DNA from: Azolla caroliniana
Taxonomy: Eukaryota; Plantae; Polypodiophyta
Direction of reading: 5' to 3'
Assembly: GCA_043228905.1 (NCBI GenBank)
Contig: JBHGNT010000001.1
Span: forward strand, 11,284,001 to 11,348,000
Length of the DNA: 64,000 nucleotides
Shown here: positions 21,941-34,762 of the stretch, piece by piece
Layout: the number at the start of each line of letters is the position of its first letter
Numbering within the stretch: the first letter of the stretch is position 1
The notes under the pieces: generated by a model
What the model saw: only the letters and a program-made list of their open reading frames with translations
Databases searched by the model: none
What the model was told of the DNA's origin: nothing
Position numbers and translations under genes: made by a program

Positions 21941-24900
21941 GATTAAAAGACAATAATACTTGGTAACAACAGGATCAATGAAGCTGATCAATTTGACTCG
22001 AGGGATATTCCAAACTTGGTTAAATATCCCTATTGATTAGAATATCAAACAGCCTACACCATTATGTTTATATATGATTCATCCCAATAATCAGTGTGTC
22101 GTCAAATTTCTGAGCATCGAATGAATGTGCCGAACCTTCTTTACCCGTGGCATGTTGTTCTTCCATTCAGCAGTGAAGAGTCAATAATCAACTTCCCAAA
22201 CAAAGAGTAAAGAAAGAGAACACGCCTTCAATACATGTGGAAAACTATATTTGTTTACAGCATTATAAAAACAATAGAGATAATAATCAGCATCCGAAAA
22301 GAGTAAAAACAATAGATAATTGTATTACATGTGGAAAACCATATTTTTACAAAATAAACAATATAACTACATGAACTGCAACAAAACAATTAGTACATAG
22401 TCTAATTACGTAATTGGCATCAAAACAAATGGTATGACATAGCTAACATTGACACAATAAGTTATACATTATATATTTACATAGTTGACATCAAAACAAA
22501 GCTTACTACATAGTCAACATCAAGGCAGTAAGTACAACATAATACATAATATAAGTACATAACCAGCATAAAAAAGGGTATTACATAATATAACTATATA
22601 GCCAGTATAAAAAGGAGTAGTATATACCAATAAGTGAAAGAAAAATAAAAGCAAAATTATGCTCAATCTTAGTGTCTGTTTATATGTATATGTATATGTG
22701 TTTGTATGTGTATATGTATGTGTTTGTATATGTATATGTATACGTATATGGATTGATGTTATTCTAGCAACATATAAACAGATACGACAACAAATAAATC
22801 AGAAAAAAAACGAGAGTAAAATAGAGGAAGGAATTTAGAATGACAAAATTCACGCGAAAGAAATTAACTTTTCTCTAGATAAATGAATGGAAATTCTGTG
22901 CTTTAAGAATGAAGATACATCCACAAGAGTACAAATATCGAATGGAAAACGATGCTGCGCAAGATAAACATACCCAAAATGTGAAGGAAAAGGAATTCAA
23001 AAGAAAAGATGCAGCAAAGGAGAAAACAAGAACCTTACCTGATATTATCCACGTTTTAAACAGCTCCAAGAGAAGGCAAAATCTATGGCTATCTCTGTTT
23101 TACACTCTTTTTCCTCTGAGTGCTCTGTTTCTGCACTCTGTGTGTACTTCGAAACCCTAGATCTGGAATCTTCAAAAGCCTCCAATGAAAGGGGTGGGGG
23201 TTTTTTTCATAAATACTTTACGATTTTATTTCATGATGATGAATCATGATATGTATATCATTTATGGCCTCCTCCTCCATTACTATGCTCTCTCTCTCTC
23301 TATCTCATATGTTAGAACCAACCAACTCTTAGCCAAAAGAAAGAAAAAAGGAATCAAGTTTCTCCATGATATTGGTTGGTTGATTGATTGATAGGAGAGC
23401 TTGATCACACATGAATTGAATTGAGCACATACACTACTACCTCTACCTATTTCTGCGCCCATTTCTTATGTGACGATAAGCTTGTTATTGTCCCTTGCCC
23501 CTGGGCATGTAATCTCGACACGTAATTTGTTTCTAATGTGTTGGTAATAGGTATCGATGTGTTGCCTGACTCATCTCAACTCCTCCCTTTTGCATTTTTG
23601 GATCAACGTGTTTGTATCACACCACCCACGTGATCGTCGTGATTTCGCTGCCGGCTCCTTACTTAGAACTAATGGGGTGTTTTTTAGGTATGCCGTTTTT
23701 TGCCTCTTATGTGCATTAATTTTGTCGTAAAACATTCTCTTATGCTTGTTTTGCTCTCCCTTCAATGCATGACTAGAAACGCTCACTCGTTACTATTCGA
23801 CAAACATTCCATGTACCATCTCGATTGTACAACTTTTTATATTATTGTTGTGTGCAATGAGATCGCAATTAAACAACATCACCCTTATGTTTGTTTTCGC
23901 ATACATGTTCTATTGTTTTGTGAATGCGACAAGATCCCCGAAAAATTGGTTTGCTATTGGTTTATTGCATTAGTTGTGATTCGTGAATGAATAAACATGT
24001 CACCATTTTATTTTGATTAAATGATACAAACCGACATGACTTTATGGAAATGTTTTTATGTTCTAAACATGCACATCATGAAACCAATTATTTATACAAA
24101 TAGTTATAGGTTTCATACTTCATAGTCTTGCATTTTGTCATGTTGTCTCATCATTCATGTAACCGATTGGCCCCTCTCAAAATGATTGATTACGTGCAAG
24201 AAGAGAATGGAAGACGATTATTTTGGTTTTTCAAGCCATCCCAACAACAGTTTGGACGTTGCGCTTAACTAGCCTGAATCATATGTCTATTACACATCAT
24301 GTCATATGCACATGTGAACTATGCATAATGTACCTGTTTGTGTGTTTGTGACACATGTCAATATCTAGGTACACTCTGATTAAATGGAATGACATTGTAT
24401 AAATCTAGAGGTCTTAATGGGTGTGCTTTCTTTGAGTATATCTACATTAAATTATTTATTAACATCTTTATTAAAAAGTGTGTTGTGATCAGATGTCATG
24501 GTTGCAATTAAATGATGCAAACCAACATAACTTGAGCAAATGTTTTTTTATGGCCAATGGATGATGGCATCATGAAACACGCTCAACTTTGAGGATGCTT
24601 TCAGGTTATTCAATGCACATTGTATATAAGTTATACATATACATACACATGTCACTCGTGGCAAATGATGTCAATGGTAAATGCCATGTTAGAAAAACTT
24701 AACCTTGTTAACTTAATCCCATTGATTTAGCAAATAATGCATAATTAATTAGTATGACAAAAAATGGAGCTATAAAATCATTACCTTATGTAGGTCCTCT
24801 GCTTAGGATTTCTGCTCAAGTAGATATTCATTTCATTACACAGAATAATTTTTGTTACACAAACAATGAGGTAGAAACTACTTCAAAAGTTGAGCCCATA

Positions 24901-25249
24901 TATTTTGGATAATGCAATTACTTTACATGCCACCGTGCCTAAGAACTAGTGTTTTAATGAGAACAAGGTAATAGATCCTCCCGCAAGATAGAATAACAAT
25001 TTATTTACTTCAATGCATGGTAAGTGTATGTGCACACATTCACACACCGACTCCATATAAATAGTAATTACAAAATGTATAATGATAGTGGATGAGGTGC
25101 AATGTCTAATGAATCCCATCCAATTCTCCAATGTCTCCCTCATCACTTAATCTCCGCATGGACCTATTATGTCATGTTGCCTAACGACCAATACGAATGG
25201 TGAACATGATTTCCTATATTAGACCTACAAACATCTAATTGATCTTGGC

Positions 25250-27600
25250 TTGATCTTGAAGCCTCCAACAAGGAGAACTACCATACAAATATGCCTTTTA
25301 AGCAACGAACATGTCGTTGAACTCTATATTAGGCATATAAATAATAAAACAAGGGGATTCTACTACACCAATTATGCCATCATATCCACTGCCAAAAAAG
25401 CAGTGATTGTGTTCCTCTACAATTATACAAAAATAACACATGCTCGAAGCAACTCTTAGAGGTTACCCACTTGCCAAATGAAAACCTTTGTAGTGTTGTC
25501 ATCCTAATAGCATCACCCTCTGCCACCACTACTAGACCTAGTGATTCCCCAATATTTGCTAATAAGCTCTAACATTAATGCATGTATACTAATAGTATGG
25601 TGGTAAAAATAATTTCTTATACCTTTGGCTAAGCTTTTACAACCCAAAATGACTAATCCTTGTCCTAGACATCATAGATGTCTACATGATTCTTTCTTGT
25701 GATTCTAGTGTGGCAATTGAGATACATGATTAAACTGTGCTTGAAGAGCTTGTTCACACTCGCATTACATCGAACAAGATTTTGCCAACACCGCAAATTA
25801 CAAAGAATTTGGGTTTCTTCTTTCTAGTGGAGGGGGCCACATCAAATACTCCAATATACTCTACCATGAACTCACTAGATAGAGAATAATCGTTGAGGCA
25901 ACAAATTTGGTTGGCCCATTGCTATTAACCACATGCCACCAAGAGATTGGAAACTTCATCTTACTATGTTGGATATGTAGTATTTCTCTATAAAAAAACT
26001 CAACAATATTTGTCCATGGAAAGTTAGCCCTCAAATATGACCATGACAAAATTGGGGCATTGTGTTGTAACGTTAACATGATGTTTGTATGTCTTGTTAA
26101 ATGCTACATTTCATATGCAACGCTAAACATCGCCTAGCAATAGCTACACACAATGTTGCACTCAATTAGCTCTCTTGTTTTGTAGTTCTCTCTCCCATCG
26201 ACTATTTTGCTCTCTCTTCAATCTCACACTCTCCCATTCAACCTTTAACTCTTGAGCTATATCTATCACACACTCTGTCTATGACGTTTTTTTCTCTCTT
26301 GTTTGCTCAACAACTCTCTTGATCGATTAACAATTACACACAAATTATGTCAATTATGTAAAAAACTCTTTGAATTGAATCATATTTTATTGGATTGTAC
26401 AAAAAGTATGATATATATATTGTAACATACCCAAAATATAGAAGATGACCCAAAGTATGACCCCCCAGTCATTTCCTTAGTTTCTATTTATAATACTTTC
26501 AGTTACAACTTTATGTTCTTGTTGTTTCTCCTAACTAACTAATCTTACTAATCTTGCTCCACTACACGACACTTCCATCTTTTTGAAAAAGGGGTGCTAT
26601 GGCTTATCATGAAACTCCCCCCCTCCCTTTTTGAAAAAAAAGGGGTTTATAGTTAACGTAGAGACAAACAAGAGGAACATTGGTTGCATAATCAAGAGGA
26701 ATGACATCATTCCAACAACAACACTGGAGTCATCAACAGGAACAACATCGGGGGAGTTATGTGATCCGATCATCAACTGGCAGCTTGCGGCCTGCATCGG
26801 GAGTAGTTATAGGTACGCGTTTGATTCAACATATTGAGCTACCGTCTCAAAGGAATTCGATGGTATGTCTGTGGTCCGATTTGTGCCAAAACCATGTAAG
26901 GACCTAACCATCTATGCATGAATGATAAGTAGAGTCCTACCTTGTGAATCGGGTAGTATACTCTAACTATTTCTCTGATTTCGACGTATGAGAAGCGTCA
27001 AAATGCTTTTTCTGTCGTTGTTGGGCCATGCGCAGGTTGTGTTGGATTGCTTGTCGCAATAGTGGATGATTCGTTTGGAGGTGCAACCACCATTCGGTTG
27101 CATCAATGTGGCGAGTTTGGGCTTTTGAAGGAATGTATGTCCGATGGCAACCTTGGATCGCGACAATACAATGCCCTAAAAGGGCTAATGCGAGTGCATT
27201 CCTGTACTGAGGTATTGTATGTGTTGAGGATCAAACTCAACTTCCCTAGTTTGGGAACACAACTAAGAAATACCCAAATGTGGGAACATCCCACCTCCTT
27301 GTATCATAACTAGATGTGTCATAGAAGTTAAATCCTATGACACATATTTAGTAGGTAGTTAAGTCCCCACATCTTTCCCAAGATGTAGTTGTAGTGTTGC
27401 CTATTATTCTTGTTAATACAGTTTTACTATTTTCTGTATACTCTGGCTTTAGACAAGCCTTCTCCACTATTGACCATATCTTCACACTTAGATGCTTAAT
27501 TGACTAGGTGAAAGCTCACAAGAAGAAACTATATTGTTGCTTTGCTTTGACACAGTTCCTAGGGAGTGGTTGTTTGATAGGTTTAAAATCTTGGAGATAC
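25250..27600 (-). pseudogene. Degraded Ty3/gypsy pol fragments
   Basis: Integrase-like YNTSVQECTRISPFRALY.RDPRLPSD (27103-27294, minus strand) and a PPT-like G run at 26614-26627 on the minus strand. The rest is weak. Confidence 0.45.
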
Positions 27601-28197
27601 CAAATGATATGCTTTGGGCCATCTATGCTCTATATGAGCAAGTCTCTGGGAGTGAAAGGTAGGGTTGGACCATGCAAGTAACTGTCCAACGGGCATGCCA
27701 AGAGTTAGCCGGTCAGCTACCCGGGATCATGTTGAGCGACAAGCTCAACCGGAGCCGGATCGGCTGAATAAGCCTGAGCCGGTAAGCGAGAGGAATCAGT
27801 ATGCCGGTGAGCAACTGAGCTGGTAAGCAGTAAGGAACCCAAACCCAAATTTGGCCTTAGAAGACATTAATATATCTTTCTTTCTTTTCTTTTCTTTCTC
27901 TCTCTGTTATGATATGGCAAGACTCAAACCCATGACCTTATACTACATGGGTCAAGCTCTCGACCATTAGACTATACATTGTAATACATAGAATATTATT
28001 TTCATTTATGTTTTATTATAGAAAATTAATGTATATTCCAAAATTCTCTGGAACATTCTAGAAACTTCAAGAGTATTCCTTAGAACACTATAAAAGGAGG
28101 CAGAAGGCATTATTTCGAACCAAATCGGTTCAACGCCAATCTTAAGCCTCCTAGCTATTGTACATTTTCTTCACATAATATATATCTTTTCTTATCA

Positions 28198-28251
<54 letters not shown>

Positions 28252-28529
28252 CCTCCCTCTCACTCACTCTTTCCTTCTCTCGAGAGTTCTTCACCTCTCT
28301 TAGTACTAATACTTCTTTTAGTACTAATTCCTTCTCTGTCTTAGTACTGTTCCTGACAGTTTGAACCGATTTTCCTACCTTCTGTCTCTCTCATTTCCTA
28401 CTAATCTCTTATTCCTCTTTTCTTTCATCCTATGGCCACTATTAGCGCTGAAGAATATCAATATGTTTTCTCGGAATTTCAATGCTTGAAAGAGAAGTTC
28501 CATGCTTTGGAATAAGAAAACCAACGGTT

Positions 28530-29582
28530 GATGGGGGATCTTCAACAAATCTCCTTAGAAAAACAGCAAACGCAACAACAGCATGGGGAACTTGCGTTAC
28601 GCGTGCAACAACTTGAAGCAACCATCGTAGCGATGCAACAACAAGGGCCCGGAACACAAGGGATTCATAAAGAACCCAAGATTGGCCTTCCCACGAAGTT
28701 CGATGGAACGCGATCGTAGTTTAGAGGGTTCCTTAACCAGGTACGATTAGTTATTCAAATGCATCCTTCCTGGTATCCCACCGATGCATCACGAGTGGGT
28801 TTAGTAGGCACTTTGTTAAGTGGCTCAACGTTGGCATGGTTCGCTCCACTATTAGAAAAGGAATCCCCGTTACTCAACAATTTGAAGAGTTTCTAGGTGA
28901 GTTTAAAGCATGTTTCGGAGATACTGACAGCATCAGGACCGCAATCAACAAAAATCGGCGATTACGCCAAGGTGACCGTCTAGCCTCCGCATATGCTGCA
29001 GATTTTCGCCTACTCGCCGCTGATATCCCTTGGGATGATCAAGCGTTGATGGAGCAATTCCATTATGGTTTACGCAACGACGTCAAGGATTTACTCTTGA
29101 CCTTCCCCGAAGAGCCAAAGTCCTTAACAAAAGCAATCAGTCGTGCGGTGAGATGTGACAACCGCCTCTTTGACCAACGTTCGGAACGACAACTACAGAT
29201 GCTGAGGGCAAGATCAGAGCCCACCTACGCCTCAGTGGTAGAAAGACCTCTTCCGAGGGAGTCATATAATGCGCCTCCAGCGAATACTTCGACTCCGATG
29301 GAGATTGACACTACACGTCGTCGAGGGCCATTATCCGAAGAAGAAAAGCAGCGACGCCGTACAAATCGACTATGTCTTTACTGCGGTGGACCAGGACATA
29401 TTGCAATAAATTGCCCCCATAGGCCAAGAAGACAGGTAAACCAAATAGTCGCTAGTTCTAATTGTACTAAACCCGAGCCTATTTTAGTAAGGATATCTGA
29501 TAGTCCTAATAGTACTAATAGCCCAGATCTAGCAAACAGATTTGATGTCCTTAGTCAGTTAGAAGAAGAGTTAAACGACTAA
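28530..29582 (+). pseudogene. Chromovirus gag (stop codons and frameshifts)
   Basis: KEPKIGLPTKFDGTRS, LRQG...YAADF, TPMEID and a CCHC knuckle. Confidence 0.88.
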
Positions 29583-29604
29583 GTCTAGCCAAAATAGGAG
29601 CCGT

Positions 29605-30675
29605 TGTCGTGAAGATCTGTCACTACGCGCGGATCGTGAGGCGGAACCGCCGGGGTTCTGGACCGGAAGGATTCAAAGTCGATACAAGCTTTGGCAAGAA
29701 AGTACTTAAGATAGATTGGGAAAGAGAGAAGTTGAGATTAAACGATTGAGAAAGATTGATTGAACTTTTAACTTTAGATTTAAGAAATAAGTTACACGAT
29801 CAATTTGATAACGAATTTCCTCCTCTTAATTTTCATAAAAAAAAACCGTGTTTTTTCTCCTCCCCCTTCCCTCTTTTATAGATGCTCTCATGCATATGAT
29901 GCATGTGAGGGTACAAGACATGCATAAATTGCATGTTTGCCATTTGGCGCTTATGTATTACATGTGGTGCATGATAACCATGTCACTCATTTTAGTTCTC
30001 ACGTATGAGAATTTACATGTAAAAGTACAATGATAGAAATATAATTTCAACTAAATAGCATGGCTTAATGGTAAACCAATTGACTCCTAACTTAGAGGTG
30101 CAAGGTTCGAATCCTTACTTGCCCTCCTTGTATATGTAAATATGTAAATATATTTATATATTTATTTATCTAGTTGCAGGACGTCGGTTAGCTGGATGCC
30201 GTCGGTTACCGGTGCCGTCGCCGGATACCGTGGGTTACCGGTGCCGCCGTCGGATGCCGTCGCCGGATCACCGGCTCCATCGCCGGTCCGGTTTTGGTTG
30301 GCCAAAACCCTTTACGAGTAGCTAGCCCACCTCCACTCTTAGTTCAAGTTACCTTGAACTCTCTATGCTCCACACATAGACACAAAGATAATATCTTTTG
30401 CTCCACCTTATATATGATGAGAGCTGTATTTGTCGTGCCTATGTGGGATATCTCACAATTTTCTCCTTTCCTTTTACAAACTTTATACCCTCATATCTTG
30501 ACATTTAGTTGTCCGTTTCTCGTGTAATAAAGTGCATTCGAAACCTCCATCATTTTGTACTTAGATATTAAATCTATTTAAAATGTTATCTTCACAATTA
30601 TTGTACTACGTGATTCATACTCGATTTCGTACGTTTTATAGGATTTTCACACTATTGGCGAAAATCTTCACGACA
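29605..30675 (-). mobile_element. Solo LTR 1 (gypsy; TGTCGTGA-type terminus)
   Basis: Perfect 12-bp terminal inverted repeat TGTCGTGAAGAT/ATCTTCACGACA; 4-bp TSD CCGT (29601-29604 / 30676-30679). TATA on the minus strand at 29874-29880. Termini resemble the LTR at 61263-62214. Confidence 0.88.
30054..30122 (+). promoter_or_regulatory. tRNA-like Pol III A-box/B-box module inside solo LTR 1
   Basis: A-box TGGCTTAATGG at 30061-30071 and B-box GGTTCGAATCC at 30104-30114 in a T-arm-like stem AAGG/CCTT; tRNA spacing. Confidence 0.75.
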
Positions 30676-30679
30676 CCGT

Positions 30680-33600
30680 TTGGTTGGACAGCCCTTGATC
30701 TGTGCAGCCCATTAGTGGTTCCATTCCCTCTAAGCAAGTTAGTGATGTGTTCGTAGCCCAAGTAATAGTTAGTACGAAAAGTACCCCTCAAGTACATGTC
30801 CTAGCACTCCTAGATTCTGGAGCTAACTCTTGCTTTATGGATAAGAAATTTGCTCAAGCTCATAAGATATCCCTAAGAAAACTCCAGTGTCCAGCCTCTG
30901 TAGTAGTCATTGATGGACGTCCCATTGCTTCTGGAAATGTCATAGAAGAGTCAGAGCCCATTAATATTGTCCTAGATAACTTAGCATGTGTAGTATCATT
31001 TAATATTATTAGTATCCCAGAACATCCCATAGTTTTAGGATTACTGTGGTTCGAGTTACATAACCCAGACATAGATTGGAGAACAAGAGAAATCCAGTGT
31101 CGACAAACCCAAGGGTCAACTCAGAAGATGGCAACCATTTCGCTACGTCGGTTGTGTAAAGAAGGGCACAAGGAGGAAATGTTCCTCTTTGCAATATCAG
31201 TAAACCCCTCCAACACCACTAAAGAAGGATCCACCGTTCAACTTCCCGAGAAGTATCGTCATTACGCCGATGTGTTCGATAAAGTACAAGACAACACACT
31301 TCCTCATCATCGAGCGTACGATTGCCCCATCGATTTACAACCGGGAAAAGAGCCACCATGGGGACCGATCTACAATTTGTCACCAACTGAGCTGGAAGTC
31401 TTTCGGGCCTATATAGAGGAGAATTTGGAAAATGGTTTCATTCGGCATTCGAAATCTCTAGCCGGCGTGCCCATTTTCTTCGTCAAGAAAAAGGATGGAT
31501 CGCTTCGTCTTGTTGTAGATTACCGTGGCCTGAATAAGGTTACAATGAAGAATAGGTATGCTCTTCCCCTTATCTCAAATATTTTAGAATGGATCAATGG
31601 TGCTAGGTTCTTCACGAAGATCGACTTACGGGGAGCATATAACCTCGTATGGATCTGACCAGGAGACGAATGGAAGACCGCGTTTCACACCAGATATGGG
31701 CACTTCGAGTATACGGTCATGCCGTTCGGCCTCACTAATGCACCGACAATCTTCCAGCACATGGCTAATGATATATTCCGAGATCTATTGGATGATTGTT
31801 TGATCATCTATTTGGATGATCTACTGGTTTATTTAAAGACCCAAGAAGAACATGATTCTCATGTACTATTAGTACTAAAACGACTTCGAGAACATGGTCT
31901 GTATGCAAAGCTGCAAAATGTAGTTTTGGGTGCAACCAAGTGGAATTTCTCGGCTACATCATTTCGTCAGAAGGCATCTCCATGGACCTAGCTAAGGTCA
32001 AAACGGTGGTAGAATGGCAGACTCCACGTTCGGTGCGGGATGTGCAATGCTTCCTAGGCTTTGCCAATTTTTACCGGAAGTTCATACAAGATTACTCAAA
32101 GATCGTTCTACCTCTCACACAACTTACCAAGAAGGGACAACCGTTCATTTGGTCTGAAGAAACGGACGTGGCTTTCGAGAGTCTTAAAAAGGCATTTACA
32201 TCGACTCTAATTCTAGCTCATGTCGATACGGAAAAACCATTCATTATCGAAGCTGACGCATCAGATTTTGCATTGGGGAGCATTCTGTCACAACAGGGGA
32301 ATGATGAGAAGCTACATCCTGTGGATTTTCACTCACGCAAGTTTGACGCCGCCGAAATCAACTACGAAATTAATGATAAGGAGCTATTGGCAATAGTGGA
32401 TTCTTTTATGCAATGGAGGCATTTTCTGGAGGGATCCTCTCATCCGGTCACCGTATTTAGTGACCATAAGAACCTTGCCTACTTTCAGGATGCTCGTGTG
32501 TTGAATCGACGTCAAGCTCGGTGGGCCCACTTCCTCACGCGTTTCGACTTCAAAATTACATATCGTCTGGGGAAGCACCAAGGGAAGGCCGATGCATTAT
32601 CACGGCGTTCGTACCTAGCACCCCGTCCCGGCGAGCCAACTTTCGATAACCAAAAACAAGTCATCTTGGGACCGGCAGGACTACAAGAAACAAAGATCTT
32701 TGACATGCCCATGGATTCCCGCGTTATCGATACCATACGCGAAGACTTGAAGACAGATGAGTTCGCCCAAGCTATACTAGCACAAATTGATCCCTCTCGA
32801 GCGTCGTGTTCACAGTCGCAACCACCAGGTACGGACTATCGGCAATTCAAATACCATGATGGATTACTCTTCTTTAAAGAACTTTTGTATGTTCCTAATG
32901 GTTCTTGCCGCCTTCAAGTAGTACAAAACTGTCATGACACATATACAGCTGGGCATTTTGGTAGTACTAAAACACTACATTTAGTACAACGATCATTCTG
33001 GTGGCCCTGTATGCGACAATTTGTCGAGGATTTTGTTCGGACTTGTGATACATGCTGTAGAGCAAAAATGCCAAGGCATAATCCATATGGTTTATTAGAA
33101 CCATTACCAATTCCAAGCAAGCCGTGGCAATCCATTGCTCTAGACTTCATCACAGATCTTCCAGTCTCTAAGGGGTTCAATGTGATTCTAACGGTGGTCG
33201 ATCGATATACGAAGATGGCTCATTTCTTGCCATGTACTAAGGAGATCTCCAGTGAAGACACTACCGAAATTGTCATGCGTGAAGTATGTCGGCATCATGG
33301 ACTTCCTGATAGTATCATCAGCGACCATGGACCCCAGTTCGTGTCAAAATTCTGGAAGCACCTTTTTAACATGCTCAAGGTCACTTGTAACCTCTCCTCC
33401 GGCTACCACCCACAAACTGACGGCCAAGCCGAACGAACCAATCAAACGCTGGAGCAGTATCTACGGTGCTTTCTCAGCTATCATCAGGATGACTAGGCAG
33501 ATATTCTCCACTTCGCCGAATTTGCCTATAACAACTCTATCCACGCATCCACGAAAGTTACGCCATTTTATGCTTATACGGGATGTCACTCCTGGTGGTG

Positions 33601-34230
33601 TGTACTTGAAACCCCAGAGGTGTCCACAAATCCTTGTGCAGAGGATCATTTGGAGAGGTTACGCAAGATACAAGCGGATTTATCTACTCATCTCCAACAA
33701 GCTCAACAAACACACAAGGTTTATGCGGATCGTCATCGACTCCCATCTAGTTTTAACTTTGGAGATCGGGTATGGCTACTCCGACGACACATCAAGACTA
33801 CTCGCCCATGCGAGAAGTTGGATTATCGGCGATTAGGTCCTTTCCATATTATCGGAAAGATTAATGATGTCGCTTTTCGTCTTGATCTACCTCCACAACT
33901 TCGGATACATCCGGTGTTTCATAGTTCTCTCCTCGAACCCTATCAAGAAAGCACCATCCCAGGACGTATTACACAGCCTCCACCCCCGATCGAGCTTGAA
34001 GATGGACCTGAGTACGAGGTTGCCGCCATCCTTGATTCCAAGCTTGTTCGCAACAAGCTCTACTATCTAGTCGACTGGCTAGGATATAGTCCCAGCGAGC
34101 GTACTTGGGAACCGATAGAGAATGTCACCAATGCTCGTGCTCTTCTTGAAGACTTCCATCGTGAATATCCAGACAAACTGGGTCCTCAATCGAAAACGAC
34201 TTGTTACACTCGTCGTTTTAAAGGGGGGAT
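30680..34230 (+). pseudogene. Chromovirus pol: PR-RT-RH-INT-chromodomain (stops and frameshifts)
   Basis: ORF pieces 30702-31658, 31719-31991, 31940-33496 and 33620-34312 carry the canonical motifs. Confidence 0.93.
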
Positions 34231-34244
34231 AGTGTCACGATATG

Positions 34245-34302
34245 GCAAGACTCGAACCCATGACCTTATACTACATGGGTCGAGCTCTCGACCATTAGAC
34301 TA
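34245..34302 (-). promoter_or_regulatory. tRNA-like A-box/B-box module at the U3 end of the chromovirus LTR (also 27917-27974, and 63439-63492 on +)
   Basis: The minus strand reads TAGTCTAATGG...GGTTCGAGTC with the T8-to-G53 offset of 45 nt. Confidence 0.7.
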
Positions 34303-34762
34303 TACATTGTAATACATAGAATATTATTTTCATTTATGTTTTATTATAGAAAATTGATGTATATTCCAGAATTCTCTGGAACATTCTAGAAACTTCAGGA
34401 GTATTCCTTAGAACACTATAAAAGGAGGCACAAGGTATTATTTCGAACCAAATCGGTTCAACGCCAGTCTTAAGCCTCCTAGCTATTGTACATTTTCTTC
34501 ACATAATATATATCTTTTCTTATCATCACTCTCTCTCTCTCTCTCGATCTCTCTCTCCCTCCCTCTCACTCACTCTTTCCTTCTCTCGAGAGTTCTTCAA
34601 CTCTCTTAGTACTAATACTTCTTTTAGTACTAATTCCTTCTCTGTCTTAGTATTGTTCCTGACACACACACACACACTCTCTCTCTGTGTTGTTCTTTCT
34701 AACGCTTCCGCAAGCAATCTTTAACATGGTATCAGAGCGCCTGGGTCATACAAGATGCACCA

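Larger units (their letters stand above)
27905..34664 (+). mobile_element. Ty3/gypsy chromovirus (Tcn1-like), decayed full-length copy
   Basis: TG...CA LTRs at 27905-28358 and 34233-34664; PPT AAAGGGGGGATAG. Gag with CLYCGGPGHIAINC, PR LLDSGA, RT YLDD, RH EADASD, INT and chromodomain EYEVAAILDS...YYLVDWLGY...TWEP. Confidence 0.96.

Noticed and set aside
19787-21991. WRKY transcription factor, or a start at 21991
   Set aside because: There is no WRKYGQK motif, and 21991 is a TTG; the first in-frame ATG is at 21940.
23400-25200. MITE or miRNA candidates in the AT-rich intergenic DNA
   Set aside because: No convincing terminal inverted repeat with TSD, or long hairpin, could be established by eye.
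30054-30122. Functional tRNA-Arg(CCT) gene
   Set aside because: The acceptor and anticodon stems do not pair; only the A/B boxes and T-arm remain, so it is reported as a promoter-like module.
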